From the human T2T-CHM13v2.0 reference genome, Homo sapiens, in the NCBI RefSeq assembly GCF_009914755.1, contig NC_060925.1: 64,000 nucleotides of DNA; one strand, written 5' to 3'. Below, one piece after another: positions 1 through 14,170 of the stretch. The position numbers and the translations under genes were made by a program. The stretch's first letter is position 1. Every line of letters begins with the position of its first letter. The notes below the pieces were generated by a model. The model had not been told where the DNA came from and did no database searches. It was given only the letters and a program-made list of their open reading frames with translations.

Positions 1-423
1 TGGTTATAAGCAATAGAAACTAATGCTGGCTAATTTAGGCAAAAGAGATGTCTGTAGAAAGATAGGGAAGTTGCTTATGAGATTAAAGATCCAGATTTGG
101 AACAGACAGGAAACATGAAGCCTCAGAGGGTCTTGATAGAAGGAACTAGTCAACTGTCTTGTCAGGGTCAAGAATTTACCAGTAATAAGGAAATTCTAAC
201 TATTTTACTATTATTCTTATGTTCTAATTCTAGGAAGGAAGTATCTGATTGTCCAAGATGAGTCACATGTCTGCTCATCATCTGTCTGGGGATGATGAGC
301 CATCTTGATTAATAGACATAGCATACTGTGAGGGGAAAAGTAGCTCATCAAAAGTTGGGATATATTACTAAATTAAGTTGGAAGAGATGCTGGGCAATCA
401 GAAAATCAATAAATATACTTTAC
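1..423 (-). mobile_element. Old ERVL-MaLR LTR (MLT1J/K/L-like), truncated by window edge
   Basis: Resembles antisense MLT1: tggttataagcaatagaaac at start, tctgattgtccaag...gtcacatg, and gatgctgggcaatcagaaaa near end. Confidence 0.55.
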
Positions 424-1588
424 AGATAGGCCAGACAATCTCTCCCCTAACTCCTACCTGTGTTAGGTTATGATCTGGGTCACAGAAGGTATAGGACATT
501 GGAAAAAATGTTAAATCAGGGGGTGAGGGAGCTGAACCCACCTCTTCTTCCCCTCCCTCATTTGAGGGGCCCATCTACACCCAGAGGCAGAAGCAATATC
601 TCCAGACGTTGGAAAAAGGGACTCCTGGGCCTAGGACCACATGGTCCCTGACACTGAAAAGTTCATTGCGGTTTGAGGCACCTGTGTGGAGTGGGCTGTA
701 CATTGGAGAGGCAATAAGCCAAGTATGCTGGGGCTGACTACACATCAAAGGGATTCCTGCTATTCTGAAGTCAGTCAGGTGCACTTGGAACTGTCCGTGG
801 TGCTGACTGGCACCCCCATAAGCCTGTCCTGCAGAATGTCTGGTCTCACTACTCAGGACCCAGACAAGATTGTCTTTGTGGTGACAGCTACTCAAATGGC
901 CCATACCCAGATATGGTCCTTGAGGTGACTTTCACTTGTGCCTATATCACTTGGGTGAGTATACCAGACCCTCCCCCACCACAATGGGCCTGACCACCAT
1001 ATAGAGATCAAGACTGAGCCAGAAAGAAAATTATAGATGTTTACATTGTCTCAGTATTAAAAAAACCTACTGATGTTTTGATTCTAGGATTAAAAACCCA
1101 AGTTTTCCAGAATCAGAGCTAACGCCTGCTTGATTTCTCTGTGACTGAATCTGGGCTGTTTTGGGACTGAACAGAAGCTCTCAAAAGGATATAATCTACT
1201 TGATTGGATCAATTAGTTGAATTATTGCACATACATTTAGTGTACATTTGTAATGGATAAGCCCTTAGAAGAGTGCTGCATGGATACAGACTGAGTTAAG
1301 GATTGTAGAAAACAGGGAGTAAGGATGGACAGTCAAGCTGTGCTCAGCTTCTACTGTTGCAAGAAAAAAACATGGGCACAAAATAAGTAAGAAAACATAT
1401 ATGTGTGATGTGTAGAGATTAAATGTCAAACCATGTCATGCTGGGATGAGCTATGACCCAGAGGAAAATTGTGTAAGCAGTATGAAAATCAGGACTCACC
1501 TATGGGTATGTGATATTTCTTTATATCAGAAGGGGTCTGGCTAGAGATAGGATGGATGGGCTATTTGTGAGACAGAATGGCAAGAACA

Positions 1589-2218
<630 letters not shown>

Positions 2219-2305
2219 CCATAGTGACTGGATAAAGCTTCTGAAATCTGTTAATCTAGGTTAAAATTTTGAGTTTTCTATTTCCTAATTTTCCTAAATA
2301 AGTAG

Positions 2306-2679
2306 TGTCTAAATCGTCTTGGGTTGTCATACAAAATAGCATAGACTAGGTGGCTTAAACAACAGAAATTTATTTTCTTGCTCTTCTGGGTGCTGAAAAC
2401 CTGAGATCAGGAGGCCAGCATGGTCAGGTTCTGGTGCAGTGCTCTTCCTGGCTTGCAATTGCTGCTTTATTGCTGTGTTCTCACATGACCTGTCCTTGGT
2501 GTATGCAAGTGGAGACAGATGTTTCTCTCTTCATCTCTCATAAGATCACTAAACTTATCAAGCCCTAGGACTCATTTAACCTTAATTTCCTCCTAAAAGC
2601 CCTATCTCCAAATACGGTGGCATTGGGGGTTAAGGCTTTATCTTGTGAATCTTTGGGTGACACAATTCAGCCCACAGCA
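2306..2679 (-). mobile_element. MLT1A-type solo LTR inserted in a MIR
   Basis: ggtggcttaaacaacagaaatttatt...gacacaattcagcccacagca; MIR core resumes at 2680 (ttgggtaagttgtttaacatctctg). Confidence 0.85.
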
Positions 2680-3159
2680 CTTGGGTAAGTTGTTTAACAT
2701 CTCTGCATCTCAGTTTTTTTCTCAGTGAAATGAAGGTAATAATGTACTACATAGTTTGTTTTTTCATTAACAATATTTACATGTGCCAGGTCCTAGACAA
2801 AAGAACAAAAAAGCAGAGAGAAATCCTCACCCTATGGGACACTCGTGAATAATAAATGAAGAAATGATTGTAAAGTGCTGAGCAAAATGTAGTGCTCAAT
2901 AAACATTTGTGGTTGTCATTGTTAATTGGTAAGATGCACCTGGTTGAAATGGAGTCCATCCCCTAGATGAGAGGAGGTGTCTCCTCCTGTCATGTTGTGG
3001 GTGAGACACGGTTGTTAATGTGGGTTCAATCAGCCTGTCCACATGGCTTGGATGTGCCCTTCTGTGTATTCCTCACTCTGCCATCACAGAGTCAGGCCCA
3101 GCACTGTGGGGAACTCAGCTGTATCAAGATAAACGGCATGATTTTCCATAACTGAGATG

Positions 3160-3880
3160 GATAGGAGTCATAGGGACTTGTAATCGAGATGGATAGTTAG
3201 ACATAAATGCAGCTCTAATGCGTCACATCAGTGCTATAATAAAGTTATGAACAACGAGCTGTGGGAGTACAGAAAAGGGTGGTGAGTTCTGCTTGGGGTG
3301 GAAAAAGCTTCTCAGAAAAGTAAGATTTGAGCTTTTCCTCTCTTAATTTTCAAGAAAAACTTAACGGTGGTGTTTTAAGCAGAGGCAACAGCACAAAAAT
3401 GCTTGCACATACATGCCTAGGGTAGGATAAGAAGCCGTCTGGAGCAAGGGGATGCTGGAGGTTGATAGTGAGTGGGCAGGTGCAGGTATAGCAAAAGGGA
3501 CTGTCTAAAGTCTGATTTCTATCTTAGGAGATACAGAAAAGAAATATTGGGGGTTTTAAACAGGAAAGTGTCTAGCAGTTGGGAGGAATGGTTAGATAGG
3601 TGGGCATTCCACTAGGAAGCTATTACAACTCAGGGGAGACATGATGAAGGTGTGGCAGTTGGTAGTGGGGAGAAATGAACTCATGTAAGGGACATGTGTG
3701 AAGTTGAATTTATGGGGGTTAGTGGAAGATAAGAAAGTTAGAGGAGTTGAGATGACTTTAAGATCTTTCTCTTTGGTCATCAAGGGGCCCTTATCTGAAT
3801 AGCAGATACAGATGGAAGAGTGAGTTTGGAGAGAACAGTGAGTTCATAATGGGCATGCTGAATTTGAGTTTTCTACATGG
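3160..3880 (-). mobile_element. L2 LINE fragment
   Basis: Purine-rich decayed L2 antisense motifs (gtgctataataaag, ttttaaacaggaaagtg, gggcatgctgaatttgag). Confidence 0.6.
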
Positions 3881-5346
3881 TTTGTATAAACAAGAATTTT
3901 GTGATAAAGAGAGAAGTAACCACAGACGTAATTATATTATGACATAATATTCAGCCCCAATTAGCTGCTGAGAAACCTGTTAACCCAACTTCCACAAAAA
4001 ATCGTATTTGAGAAAGTTGAATTTGAAAACTAATTTGAATGTCTGGCAGTAACTGAGTTGCCAACAAACTGGGAGGATATAGCCTGACGTGTTGCCTGTT
4101 TCTGATGGTGCACACACTGTTTCTTTATTTAGAACCTCTTACCAGTATCAATTAAACCCAGTTAAATTTGACATCTCTTAACCTTACATTGGATCAAATT
4201 CACTGCTACAGCAGAACCCATATGGCACGGAGACAGTTGTACGCATCAGTTCATTGCTTATGTAGAGTTGCTGGCCCAGTGCCAACCAGTAATCACTGCT
4301 TTTTTGTTAATAGACATGTTTGCTTTGCAGTCATTTCTATACACAGGGCTCTGGATTAATTAGATAGAAATCTGTCATCCATCTAAGAAACCACAAGAAC
4401 TCACTTTCTGTGCTTCTGAGGGAAAAGGAGCAGCAGATTTTGGCAAATTTAAAAAAAATCTGTTTTCTTGTTTCATAAGAACTTAGCAGACTATCTAAAT
4501 AACCAGTGCATAAATAATTTTTGATAATTAATAAGGAGCATAGAATGGGTTGAGGAATTGAATAGGTGAGCCCTCAGATGAATTAAGGTGAGAGTTTTCT
4601 CATGATATGAATTAGTTAATTTTTTTAAAGCACTTAAAAAATATTTGTTTCCTTGCAAGTCAACAAGTGAATTTCGTTTGGGTGTAAAGATTTACAGAAA
4701 GAGCTTCTCTGGCCATCAGGTCAAAGGTTTGTTCAAGCTGAAAAGATAGCCACCAGGTTTCTTTGCACACAGGTTTGGGTGGGCAGAGAAGTGACCTTCC
4801 AGACAGTTCTGCAGCAGAGCTCTGCTGTAACTCTGCCTTTGGGGTCTGCAGCACCAAGCTGCCTCAGGGAGAGACCCCTCCACCTTGAGCAAGTTCTGCT
4901 ACATCACTAATGAAACCCCACTGGACATGACTTATGCAAAATTCTTCTCTGAAGTCAATATTTCCAGACTGAGTTTCTCTTGTGGTAATACAGATATTGC
5001 TTAGTGTTTCTTATATGGAAGCATCAAAGATTTAAAAAGTACCCCAGAATTTCCACTCCATTTTTATGGGTCGTTTAGCCTAGCCTAGTGCATGATATGT
5101 ATTTGTTGAATGAATAGAAGATGGAGGTAGAAAGCAGAGGAACTAAACTCATGTCTGTGTAATGATGTCTGATGTTTCTATATTCCTGCATTTAAAAGGC
5201 CCCAATCTGCTATATGCATTCGACCTCTTGGTTAAAAAGAAAGCAATCTATACCATCCAGGGTTAAATAAATGATTGATTAGCCTGTTATTTGAATTACC
5301 CAGGTTGTTGCAAACATGAATCTTGCATTTTTAGAATTCCTATTTC

Positions 5347-6573
5347 TTTTTTAAATGTTTTATTTTATTTTTAATTGGCATATAGTAATTGTTTACATTT
5401 AGTGGTTACAATATAATATTTTGGTATATATATACATTGTGCAGTAATCAAAATAGGCTAATTAACATATTTATCACCTCAAATATTTATCATTTCTTTG
5501 AGGCAAGAACATTTAAAATTCTCTTATTTATTTTGAAATATAAAATATTTTATTATTAACTATAGCCTCCATGCTGTGCAATAGATCACCAGAACTTATT
5601 TCTCCTATCTAAATGAAACATTGTGTCCTTTGACCAGCATCTCCCCTTTCTTATCCCACTCCCTCAGCCTCTGTTAACCATCATTCTACTTTCTACTTCC
5701 ATGAATTGGACTTATTTAGATTCAACATATAATGAGATAACATGGTATTTGTTTTTCTCTGTCTGGCTTATTTCCCTTAGCATAATGTCCTCTAGGTTAA
5801 TCTATGTTGTCACAAATTTTCTGCTTTTAAAAGGCCAAATAGTATTCTGTTGTGAATTTATACCACATTAAAAAAATCCATTAATCAATTGATGGGCATT
5901 TTGGTTGTTTTCATATCTTGGGTATTGTGCATAATGCTGCAACGAACGTGGTACTGTAGACATCTCTTCAGCATACTGACTTCAATTCCTTTGGATATAT
6001 ATCCAGAGGTGGGTGGGATTGCTGGATCATATGAAATTCTATTTTTTGATTTTTGGGGGAACTTCTGTATCATTTTCCAAAATTGTTGTACTAATTGACA
6101 ATACCACCAACAGTGGACAAGAGGTCCCTTTTCCCCACATTCTCACCAACACTTGTTTCTTTTATGTTATGACAGATAGCCAATCTAACAGGTGTGAGGT
6201 GATATCTCATTGTAGTTTTAATTTGCATTTCTCTGGTGATTAGAGATGCTGAGCATTTTGAAATATATCTGTTGGCCATTTATGTGTCTTCTTTTGAGAA
6301 CTATCTGTCAGGTCCTTTGACCATTTTTAAATAGTGTGGTTTTCTTGTTATTGAGTAGTTTGAGTTCCTTGTATATTTTGGATATTAATCCCTTATCTGA
6401 TGTATGATTTGTAAGTATTTTCTCTTGTTTTGTGGATTGTCTCTTTCCTCTGTTGATTGCTTCCTTTGCTGTGCAGAAGCTTTTTAGTTTGATGCAATCT
6501 CATTTGTCTATTTTTGCTTTTGTTGCCTATGCTTTTGCTGTTATATCCAAGAAATTACTGCCCAGACCAATAT
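5347..6573 (-). mobile_element. 5'-truncated L1MA (3' UTR plus ORF2 C-terminus)
   Basis: T-rich tail, L1MA 3' UTR; ORF 6091-6279 encodes L1 ORF2 motif REMQIKTTMRYHLTPVR; flanking direct repeat catgaatcttgcattt at 5315-5330 and 6574-6589. Confidence 0.93.
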
Positions 6574-7789
6574 CATGAATCTTGCATTTCTGACTATTTT
6601 CTACATAATTTGTTCAAATTCCACTTTATACTTATTGATCGCTCATTAATTGGTTCACTATCATGCTATGTTGGGTACTTAGAGACTGGCAGGTTGAGGT
6701 TAATAGACCTTTTCCTGCTTTTCATGGTAGTTGCCTCAAATAGCTGTATTGTGATTACGCAGTAGACAATCCATCTGATCCCTTATTTCCAACTTCCCCA
6801 ATGAATGAGGAAGACCTTAGTTTCCTTGCTCAATACCATATAAGACCTTAGTTGTAGTATAAAGTTATCAATGTAATTAGCCAGGGAAAGGAAGTAGAGG
6901 ATATAGGACAAACTAGGCGGCCATAGAACTGATGCGGGCAAGGTGAGTAAAGACTTGTTGTGCCTAAGGCAGAACAAAGAAGACATCAGAGCTGATTCCT
7001 GAAGAGATACCCAGGGTTGTGATTGCCTGAAGTGTTTCAGGGAAGGTAGGTGAGAGCCAGTGGGAGTAGAATCTATATAATTCAACATCTGTGTCTTAGG
7101 TCTGGTTAGTGGATTGTCACATAGACAGGGGCAAAAGGCTAGGCAGTACTCACACACAGCCTGTTAGGGCAGTGTTCATTGGGGAAAACTTTCTGAGGGT
7201 AGGGCAGTAGCAGTGTGCAGGTTCATCATTGTCCATTGCATTCCAGGGAGGCACATGGGGATCTAGCAGGACCAGGGGTGAGGCTGTGGGCTTTGAGGCT
7301 GACAAACCACATGGTTAGGGAAGCATTGGGCTCTGCTTTGTTGAGCTCAGTGGTGTGGATGCCATGATAATGTGTCATGGCAGAACCTTAACTCTAGTCC
7401 TGTCTTGCCAGTTTGGTGATAGTGTTAGATGGAGAACCAGCCTCTCCCCTGTGTGGTCAGAAAGCTGAGTTCTGAGCCATGGAGTTGAATCTGTATGTCA
7501 GGGCAATCTGGGAGAAAGATTTACATCAGCTTCCTTGATGCCAGCCCTTCCCTTGACACATTGTATGTGGGAAAGGAGATTTGGGTTGGCCTGGATTGAT
7601 TGTCTTAAGTCCTAAGCCGTAGTTAGCATCCATGAAATTTGCAGGAGCTAGCTTCTTTTTCTGGGAGACATGAATAAAAGGGATCAGTCCTGGGCAAGTC
7701 AGCCCTTCCTTCTCACCGAGTGATCAGACACTTGTTTTCATAAATCATCAACATGTCCTGGGAAAGACATAGAGGTGCAGAAATAACAG

Positions 7790-8035
7790 AAACTGCCATT
7801 AATTGAATGCCTAGTATATGCCAGATACCTTACTAAACACTTTCTCAATGAATTATATCATTAAATAGTGGCAACACTTAAGGACAATAGCATTTTAGGT
7901 AAGGGACCTATGATAATCAGAGGTTAAGTAACTGGTTCAAGACCATTCCACTAATCAGTGAAAGAGCTGGAATTTATTCTCAGGAGTTCCAACTCCTAAG
8001 CCTGTACTAACAGGCATTACCCTGTACTGCCTCAT
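7790..8035 (-). mobile_element. MIR SINE
   Basis: cagaggttaagtaactggttcaagacc...gagctggaattt MIR core. Confidence 0.8.
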
Positions 8036-8329
8036 TACCTCTACTGGATGGTCCCAAGATCACGCAATCCAACTGCATATCCTAGTAGTTCTGTTTCTGG
8101 GAATCCTTATGCTTACGAAGCTCAATAACAGAAGTAATATCACATTAAGAAAATAAAGGTATGCTTTGAGAAATATAGAAAATAACAAGCAATGTATTTA
8201 CTTACTAACTTTGAAAGTAAATAACCGTTAGCAATTTACTAACTTAAGAAAATTGTCATTTTCATTCCTTTGATGATTTTTGCAGCCTTATTGAAGTTCC
8301 GTTCACCTATTTTTAACTCTACTTAGCAA

Positions 8330-9210
8330 AAATTTTCTCTGTGTCAACTGTATCAGACTTTGCTTTTACTTGCTTATTTTTGGGCAGTTATCTTTAAATA
8401 TTAATATGAATGCTTCACTTAACAAAGCCCAAAATTCATAAACATGTTTGTGCTCCTCCAAAACAGCATATGGAATTTGTAACAGTTTACTGATGGCCTT
8501 TGCCCTCCTAATTTTCATGCGATTATTACCTACTATTTAAATTGTTTTTAACTGTCTTAATATCAGTCGTTGTTTTCCTTTTTTCCTCCCAATTTCAGTC
8601 AATGCTTGTTTAGAATTACCTACACATTTACCAGTTTCTTTGGTCACTATTGCTTCTTGCAACACATTCATTTCCTCTATATTTGATTTCCTTCTTATTG
8701 AAGGATACTATTTAGTAGTTCTTTCACCAAAGACTTTCTCTCAATCTTTGTCTGAAAGGTTTTCATTAGTCTTGATTTTTAAATGATTAGCTAGCTAGCT
8801 ATAGAATTTTCTAGATTGACATTTATTTTCTCTTTGCACTTCCTGTTATTGGTGTGATTCATCAATTTTAAATTTACTTATTTCTCAAATCTTAGAAAAT
8901 TATCAGCCTTATAATTTCAAATATTATCATTCACCCATTATATCTCTTCTTTTCTGAATTCTTGAGATATATGTCATATCTCCTCATTTCCCCTTCGTAT
9001 CATTTAATGATTCTTTTATACTTTTCATATATTTAGCTATGTGAGCTGCCACTTGGATAATATACTTTTATCTTTTTTACAGCCTATTAATTTGCTTTCT
9101 GATGGAGCTGGTCTGCTTTATAACTCATCCATTAAGTTTTTAAATTTGATGACTATGTTTTTCATTTAAAAAAATTCTGTTTGATACTTGTTCACATCTA
9201 GGTATTTTAA
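8330..9210 (-). mobile_element. Old L1M (ME-like) fragments
   Basis: T-rich L1 antisense motifs (tatttagtagttctttc, cttagaaaattatcagcc, tccattaagtttttaaattt). Confidence 0.55.
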
Positions 9211-9251
9211 AATTTGCTAACTTTTAAAAAATTGTCATTTCCATTCCTTTG

Positions 9252-10610
9252 ATTATTTTTATAGCCTTATTAAAGTTTAATTTACCTATAATAAACTGTA
9301 CATATATAAAATATTCATTCTGATAAAACTGGTAAATGTATATATCCATTAAACTATCACCTCAAGATAGTAGACATATTCATTGCAAATTCCAAAAATT
9401 TCCTTCTGCTCCTTTGTAATTCCTCTCTCTCTCCCTTACTTCTCCTCACCCCGATCCCTAAGTAACTACTGATCTGCTTTCTGTCATTATAGAATACTTT
9501 TCATCTTCTAGAGTTCAATATATATAGAATTATAAAAATACAATGTGTATTCTTTTCTTCTGGCTTCTTTCAGTAAAGTGATTTTGAAATTCACATTTTT
9601 GAGTGTAACAATCACTTATTACTTTTTATTGCTGAGTAGTATTCCACTATATGGATGTACCACAATTTGCTTACCCATTCACCTGTTGATGAGGCTCTAG
9701 ATTATTTCCAGTATTTGGCTGTTACAAATAAAACTGCTATACACCTTCAAGTTTTTGTAGAGTTATATGATTATATTTGTAATACCCAGAAGTGGAAAGT
9801 CTGAGTTATATGGCATGTATGTTTAATATTTTAAGAAACTACTATATCATCAGTGTGTAGAAATGCAATTGATTTTTCAGACTGATCTTATATCCTATAA
9901 CCTTATAAACGCTCAATTATTAGTTTTGATAGCTTTTTAAATCATTTTTTGGATTTTCTACATGGATAATCATGTTCTCCATGGTGTCTTTGCCGGGTTT
10001 TGTAATCAGGCTAATACTGATAAAATAAGCTGGAAAGTATCCTGTCCTCTTTAATTTTCTGGAAGAGTTTATGTAGACCTTTTATTATTTTCTCCTTAAA
10101 TACATGGTATAATTCACCAGTGAAGGATTTGGGGCATCTAGTTTTCATTGTGGGAAGGTTTTAAATAACACGTTCGCATTCTATCATAAACATAGGGCTA
10201 TTCAAATGATCGATTTTTTTTCTTCAATGAGCTTTGGTAGCTTGTGTTTCTCAAGAAATATCCATTTGGCCCAGTATGGTGACTCATGCTTGTAATCCAA
10301 GCACTTTGGGAGGCCGAGACAGGCAGATTGTTTGAGCCCAGGAGTTTGAGACCAGCCTAGGCAACATGGCAAAAACCCATCTCTACAAAAAATACAAACA
10401 TTAGCTGGCCATGGTGGCATGTGCCTGTAGTTCTAGCTACTTGGGAGGCTGAGGTGGGAGGATTGCTTGAGCCTGGGAAGTCGAGGCTGCAGTCAGCCAA
10501 GATTGCACTGCTGCACTCCAGCCTGGACAATAGAATGATACCCCATCTCAAAAAAAAAAAAAAAAGAAGTATGTTAATTTTATCTAAACTTTACAATTTA
10601 TTGGCATAAA
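9252..10610 (-). mobile_element. L1MB/L1MC 3' end plus ORF2 pieces, interrupted by an AluJ
   Basis: actactgatctgctttctgtcattataga, gagtagtattccactatatggatgtaccacaattt; L1 resumes after the Alu (tttattggcataaag). Confidence 0.85.
10268..10565 (+). mobile_element. AluJ, full length
   Basis: J diagnostics ggaggattgcttgagcctggga, gaggctgcagt; poly-A tail. Confidence 0.96.
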
Positions 10611-11244
10611 GAAGCATGTTAAAGTTGCAACTTTTTTTTTTTAAGTGATTGCTTCAGGATTTGTAGTACATGTTCTTAACTTAGGGAACTCATAGTCTAC
10701 CTTTAAGTGATATTATACTAACTCATGTATAGAATAACAACTGCACAACGTTTTTGTCCACGTCTTTCCTCCAAGGCTTTATGCTTTTGTTGTCATCACT
10801 TTACTTCTTCTTGGAGGGGTTAACTCTTGCTTAATGCTCTGATTTTTTTTTCTGTTTAACATCTCATTGCTTTGTATGCTCATGGATTTCTATTTCCCTT
10901 TTTTTTTGAGTTTGAATATATAGTTAAAATTTAATCCAGCCATTCTGTAGTTTATAGTTGGTGGAGATTGTCCACATCAGCTCACTCAACCCTGCTGTTG
11001 GAAATCCCTCAAAGAGCTTACTGTCCAATGAGAGAAAACAATAATAAACCTAATCATAATTATTCAATTATAATTATGATAAGTACTATGGAAGTACTAT
11101 GGCAACTGAGGCTCCTAATTTTGTTTTGGATATCCCTAAAGAAAGCAATTTTAAGCTGAGACCTGAAGGGTGAATAGTGATTGCCTAGAAGAAATGACAT
11201 TGGGGTGCAGAAATTGCATTTCAAATATATGCAATTGTACAAGT

Positions 11245-11340
11245 ATAAGAGACACTGTTCAGTTTTAAAATGTAGATAAGAGATAACGGTGTCTCAACAT
11301 TTAAAAACTGAACAGTGTCTCTTATCAACATTTTTAAATT
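11245..11340. repeat. Inverted concatemer of a 31-bp unit forming a 29-bp stem
   Basis: 11245-11273 and 11297-11325 are reverse complements at 28/29; unit also present at 12989-13019. Confidence 0.9.
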
Positions 11341-13644
11341 GTTCAAATATAGGCAATATGTGCACAGGTATGCTCAGAGAGCTGAAAGAAAAGTCAACTT
11401 GACTAAGCCATATTAATCAAGAGACAGACAAGTGAGAAAGAACATTTTGATGATTTTGAAAATTTTTGAAAATAATTGTTAAATGTTAGTGGAGAGAGGG
11501 TGGATATTTGTAAAGAAAAAGATAAGGCATTGGGATGAGGTGCGAAGTGCAAAGAGAAATGTACTACCCAGGAGTGGATGCTGTCAACACTGACAAATGC
11601 ACTATGATGGCTAATGGAACCAGCTATTCATTTACTTTATGTTTTCTTTCACATAGCATTTATTTCATGTCTATACAACAGGAACTGTGCCTTCAGTCTA
11701 GTCTAAGTACAGACATATAATTAAATAATTATATTTGATAAGAAGAGAGAGAAAAAGGGGCATTTATCAATGTATGTGTTAAAGTTGGCACATTTAGATT
11801 TTAGATTTCTTGTTTTAGATTTCTTTTCCTTGGATGCTTAGATTTTTAGACTTCAAGGGGGTAGGTCTGGGAGCTTACAGTGTTGGAGGCACATTTGAGA
11901 GAGCCTGGCTGTCAACCCCACAAAAGGGAGGTGGGAAGGAGATAGTGAGGAGGATCATGTCCATGTTTAGGAGGTGTGGAGACTGGGATATAGCCAAATA
12001 TTCCCTTACCCTCATATCTTTCTGAAGGTAAAATTTGGTTAAAATGAACACAAAAAACATTCTCAGTCAACAGATATAAGAGGATCAAGAAAAGCACTTG
12101 GTAGTTGGCAGAGGTGTTAGGAATAGGTCTTCCTAAGGAGGAAAGACAGCCAAAGGTTAAGTTATTTTTGCATGCTGAGATCTTAGCTACCAGACACTAG
12201 TTCTTTATCTCTGCTTCTTTCTACTGTGGTTCTAAATCCCTCCAAAGTGCAGGACCTGAAGAATCATGTTAATGTGCCAGCTCCAAGTGATATCTCTGAA
12301 TAGAGTAGTGAGAGCAACAAGGTAGAATGGACTATATGAGAAACACAGAGGTAGGGTATGTCCTTGGTGGTGAGATGTGACCTTAGAGGGCATGAGTCTG
12401 GTTGAGGCTCACATATTGGGAGTTATTCATTATTTAGATTTGTCCAGTGTGACATCATGATATAGACTTATTTAGATGAACAAAACATCAAATGCATGGT
12501 GTTCATTATGAGAATAGTAGCTTTTTTCTGTTCTTCTGGAATTTGTGCTTCGTCTACTATTTTCTTAGGGGTTGATTGTCATAAAACTCAGTAGTTTTTA
12601 CTAGTATGGAAAAATGCATCTCCCTCCTTCCAAGAAAATGGCGTTATGTATGTGTGTTATAACAGATAAGTGTGTGTGTATGTATTTTTGTGTGTGTATA
12701 TGTGATTTATTTCCCTTATCATCATAGAAGGACATTATGCATTGCATTTTGCAGAACCAGATGGGGAAACTGAACGGATTGTGTGTTTGGATACTTGTGT
12801 CTGGAAGCTACAAACCAGAACTAATTAGAGACAGTTGTGGTTGGCTGTGACAGGAGCAAGCTTTACGGCTGGTGGACTTTAATTCCCAGAGTGCTACATA
12901 GCAAAGAGAAAACTTATAGACACACTTCTGCCAGCTGGGAATCTGTGGGCACTTTTGCACAGTATTTCTGTGGGGTGCTTCCTATATAGAACAGTGTCTC
13001 TTATCAACATTTTAAAACTAAGTATCTCTCACATAAAACTTGACTTGTTGCTTGCCTTATTAAAAGCTGGAGGCCTGAACGTTCCCATAGATTATGTTTG
13101 TAGCCTGCCTTGATGATATATGTGTAAATTACTATGCTCTAAAGCTCATTTTCAGGCCTGTTGTCCTACAGAGGTTTTTAGTTTCTGCCACAAATAAAAG
13201 ATCTATGGCTCACACAGGGTAAAATAAAGAATCTACAGCTAACATGAAGTTGCTGAGAGAGCAATGGCCATGCCCCAGAATCTATGGATGGCCAATGATG
13301 TCCAATGTATGCAAATGTGTTTCCACCATGACACTGGATATAGAAATATTTATGTAAGGACAAGGTTTAATAAGCATTTTCAGGCACCATTTAAAGGCCA
13401 CAAAGGAATTAGGCCTAAATGGGGCTGAATGTATGTAACTAATCTGTTCAGACACTCTGGCCAAGGACTCAGGTGTTTAGAGCACAGTAGTAACTAGTTT
13501 AAGACTGTATATATTTAATCATCAATTGCTCTAGTTAATACTATTCTAATTCCTGGCTTGTTAACTGCTTGTGAATATACAAAGTTGGTAACCAGGTTAT
13601 TCAGCATGACAGGAACAGCACAAATCTATCAGCAAGCCTGGGAA

Positions 13645-13980
13645 AATGTATGTATGCATATCTGTATAATATATACATATAATTATGTATATATAATATA
13701 TATAAAATATATAATATATACATAAATGTATATTAAATATGTAATATATTTACTATATATGTATATATTACATAGATTTAATATATGTATATATAATTAT
13801 GTTAATATTATATATAATTATACACATAAAATTGTGTATAATTATATATAATATATAATCACATATACATTATATAATACATGTATATATAATATATAAT
13901 TATATATACATATATAAATATAGACATAATTATATATGGTATATATTATATATGCATAATATACATGCATATATATGTGT
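13645..13980. repeat. (TA)n-rich low-complexity tract
   Basis: About 335 bp of interrupted TA/TACA/TATG repeats. Confidence 0.95.
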
Positions 13981-14064
13981 GAATAATGCTTCAGATCATT
14001 TTTCCCAAGCTTGCTGATAGATTTGTGCTTTTCCCGAATAATCTGCTTATCAACTTTGTTGGTA

Positions 14065-14170
14065 TATATATATCATATGTGTATTATATACACAAATACA
14101 CATGCATACATACATACTTATCTACGTCTATATCCTCTATATCTATATCTATATTTATGGAGATATAGAT
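14065..14170. repeat. TA/TACA/TCTATA low-complexity tract
   Basis: Direct reading. Confidence 0.85.

Noticed and set aside
460-1020. GC-elevated block with ORFs 575-904 (-) and 686-928 (+) faintly recalling ERVL protease words (AYGG, VHW)
   Set aside because: No catalytic DTG motif or sustained similarity; probably an old LTR-class fragment I cannot assign.
6935-6950. Isolated consensus donor AAG/gtgagt (also an unpaired acceptor at 56590 and a minus-strand donor near 18140)
   Set aside because: No matching partner site; isolated splice motifs are common by chance.
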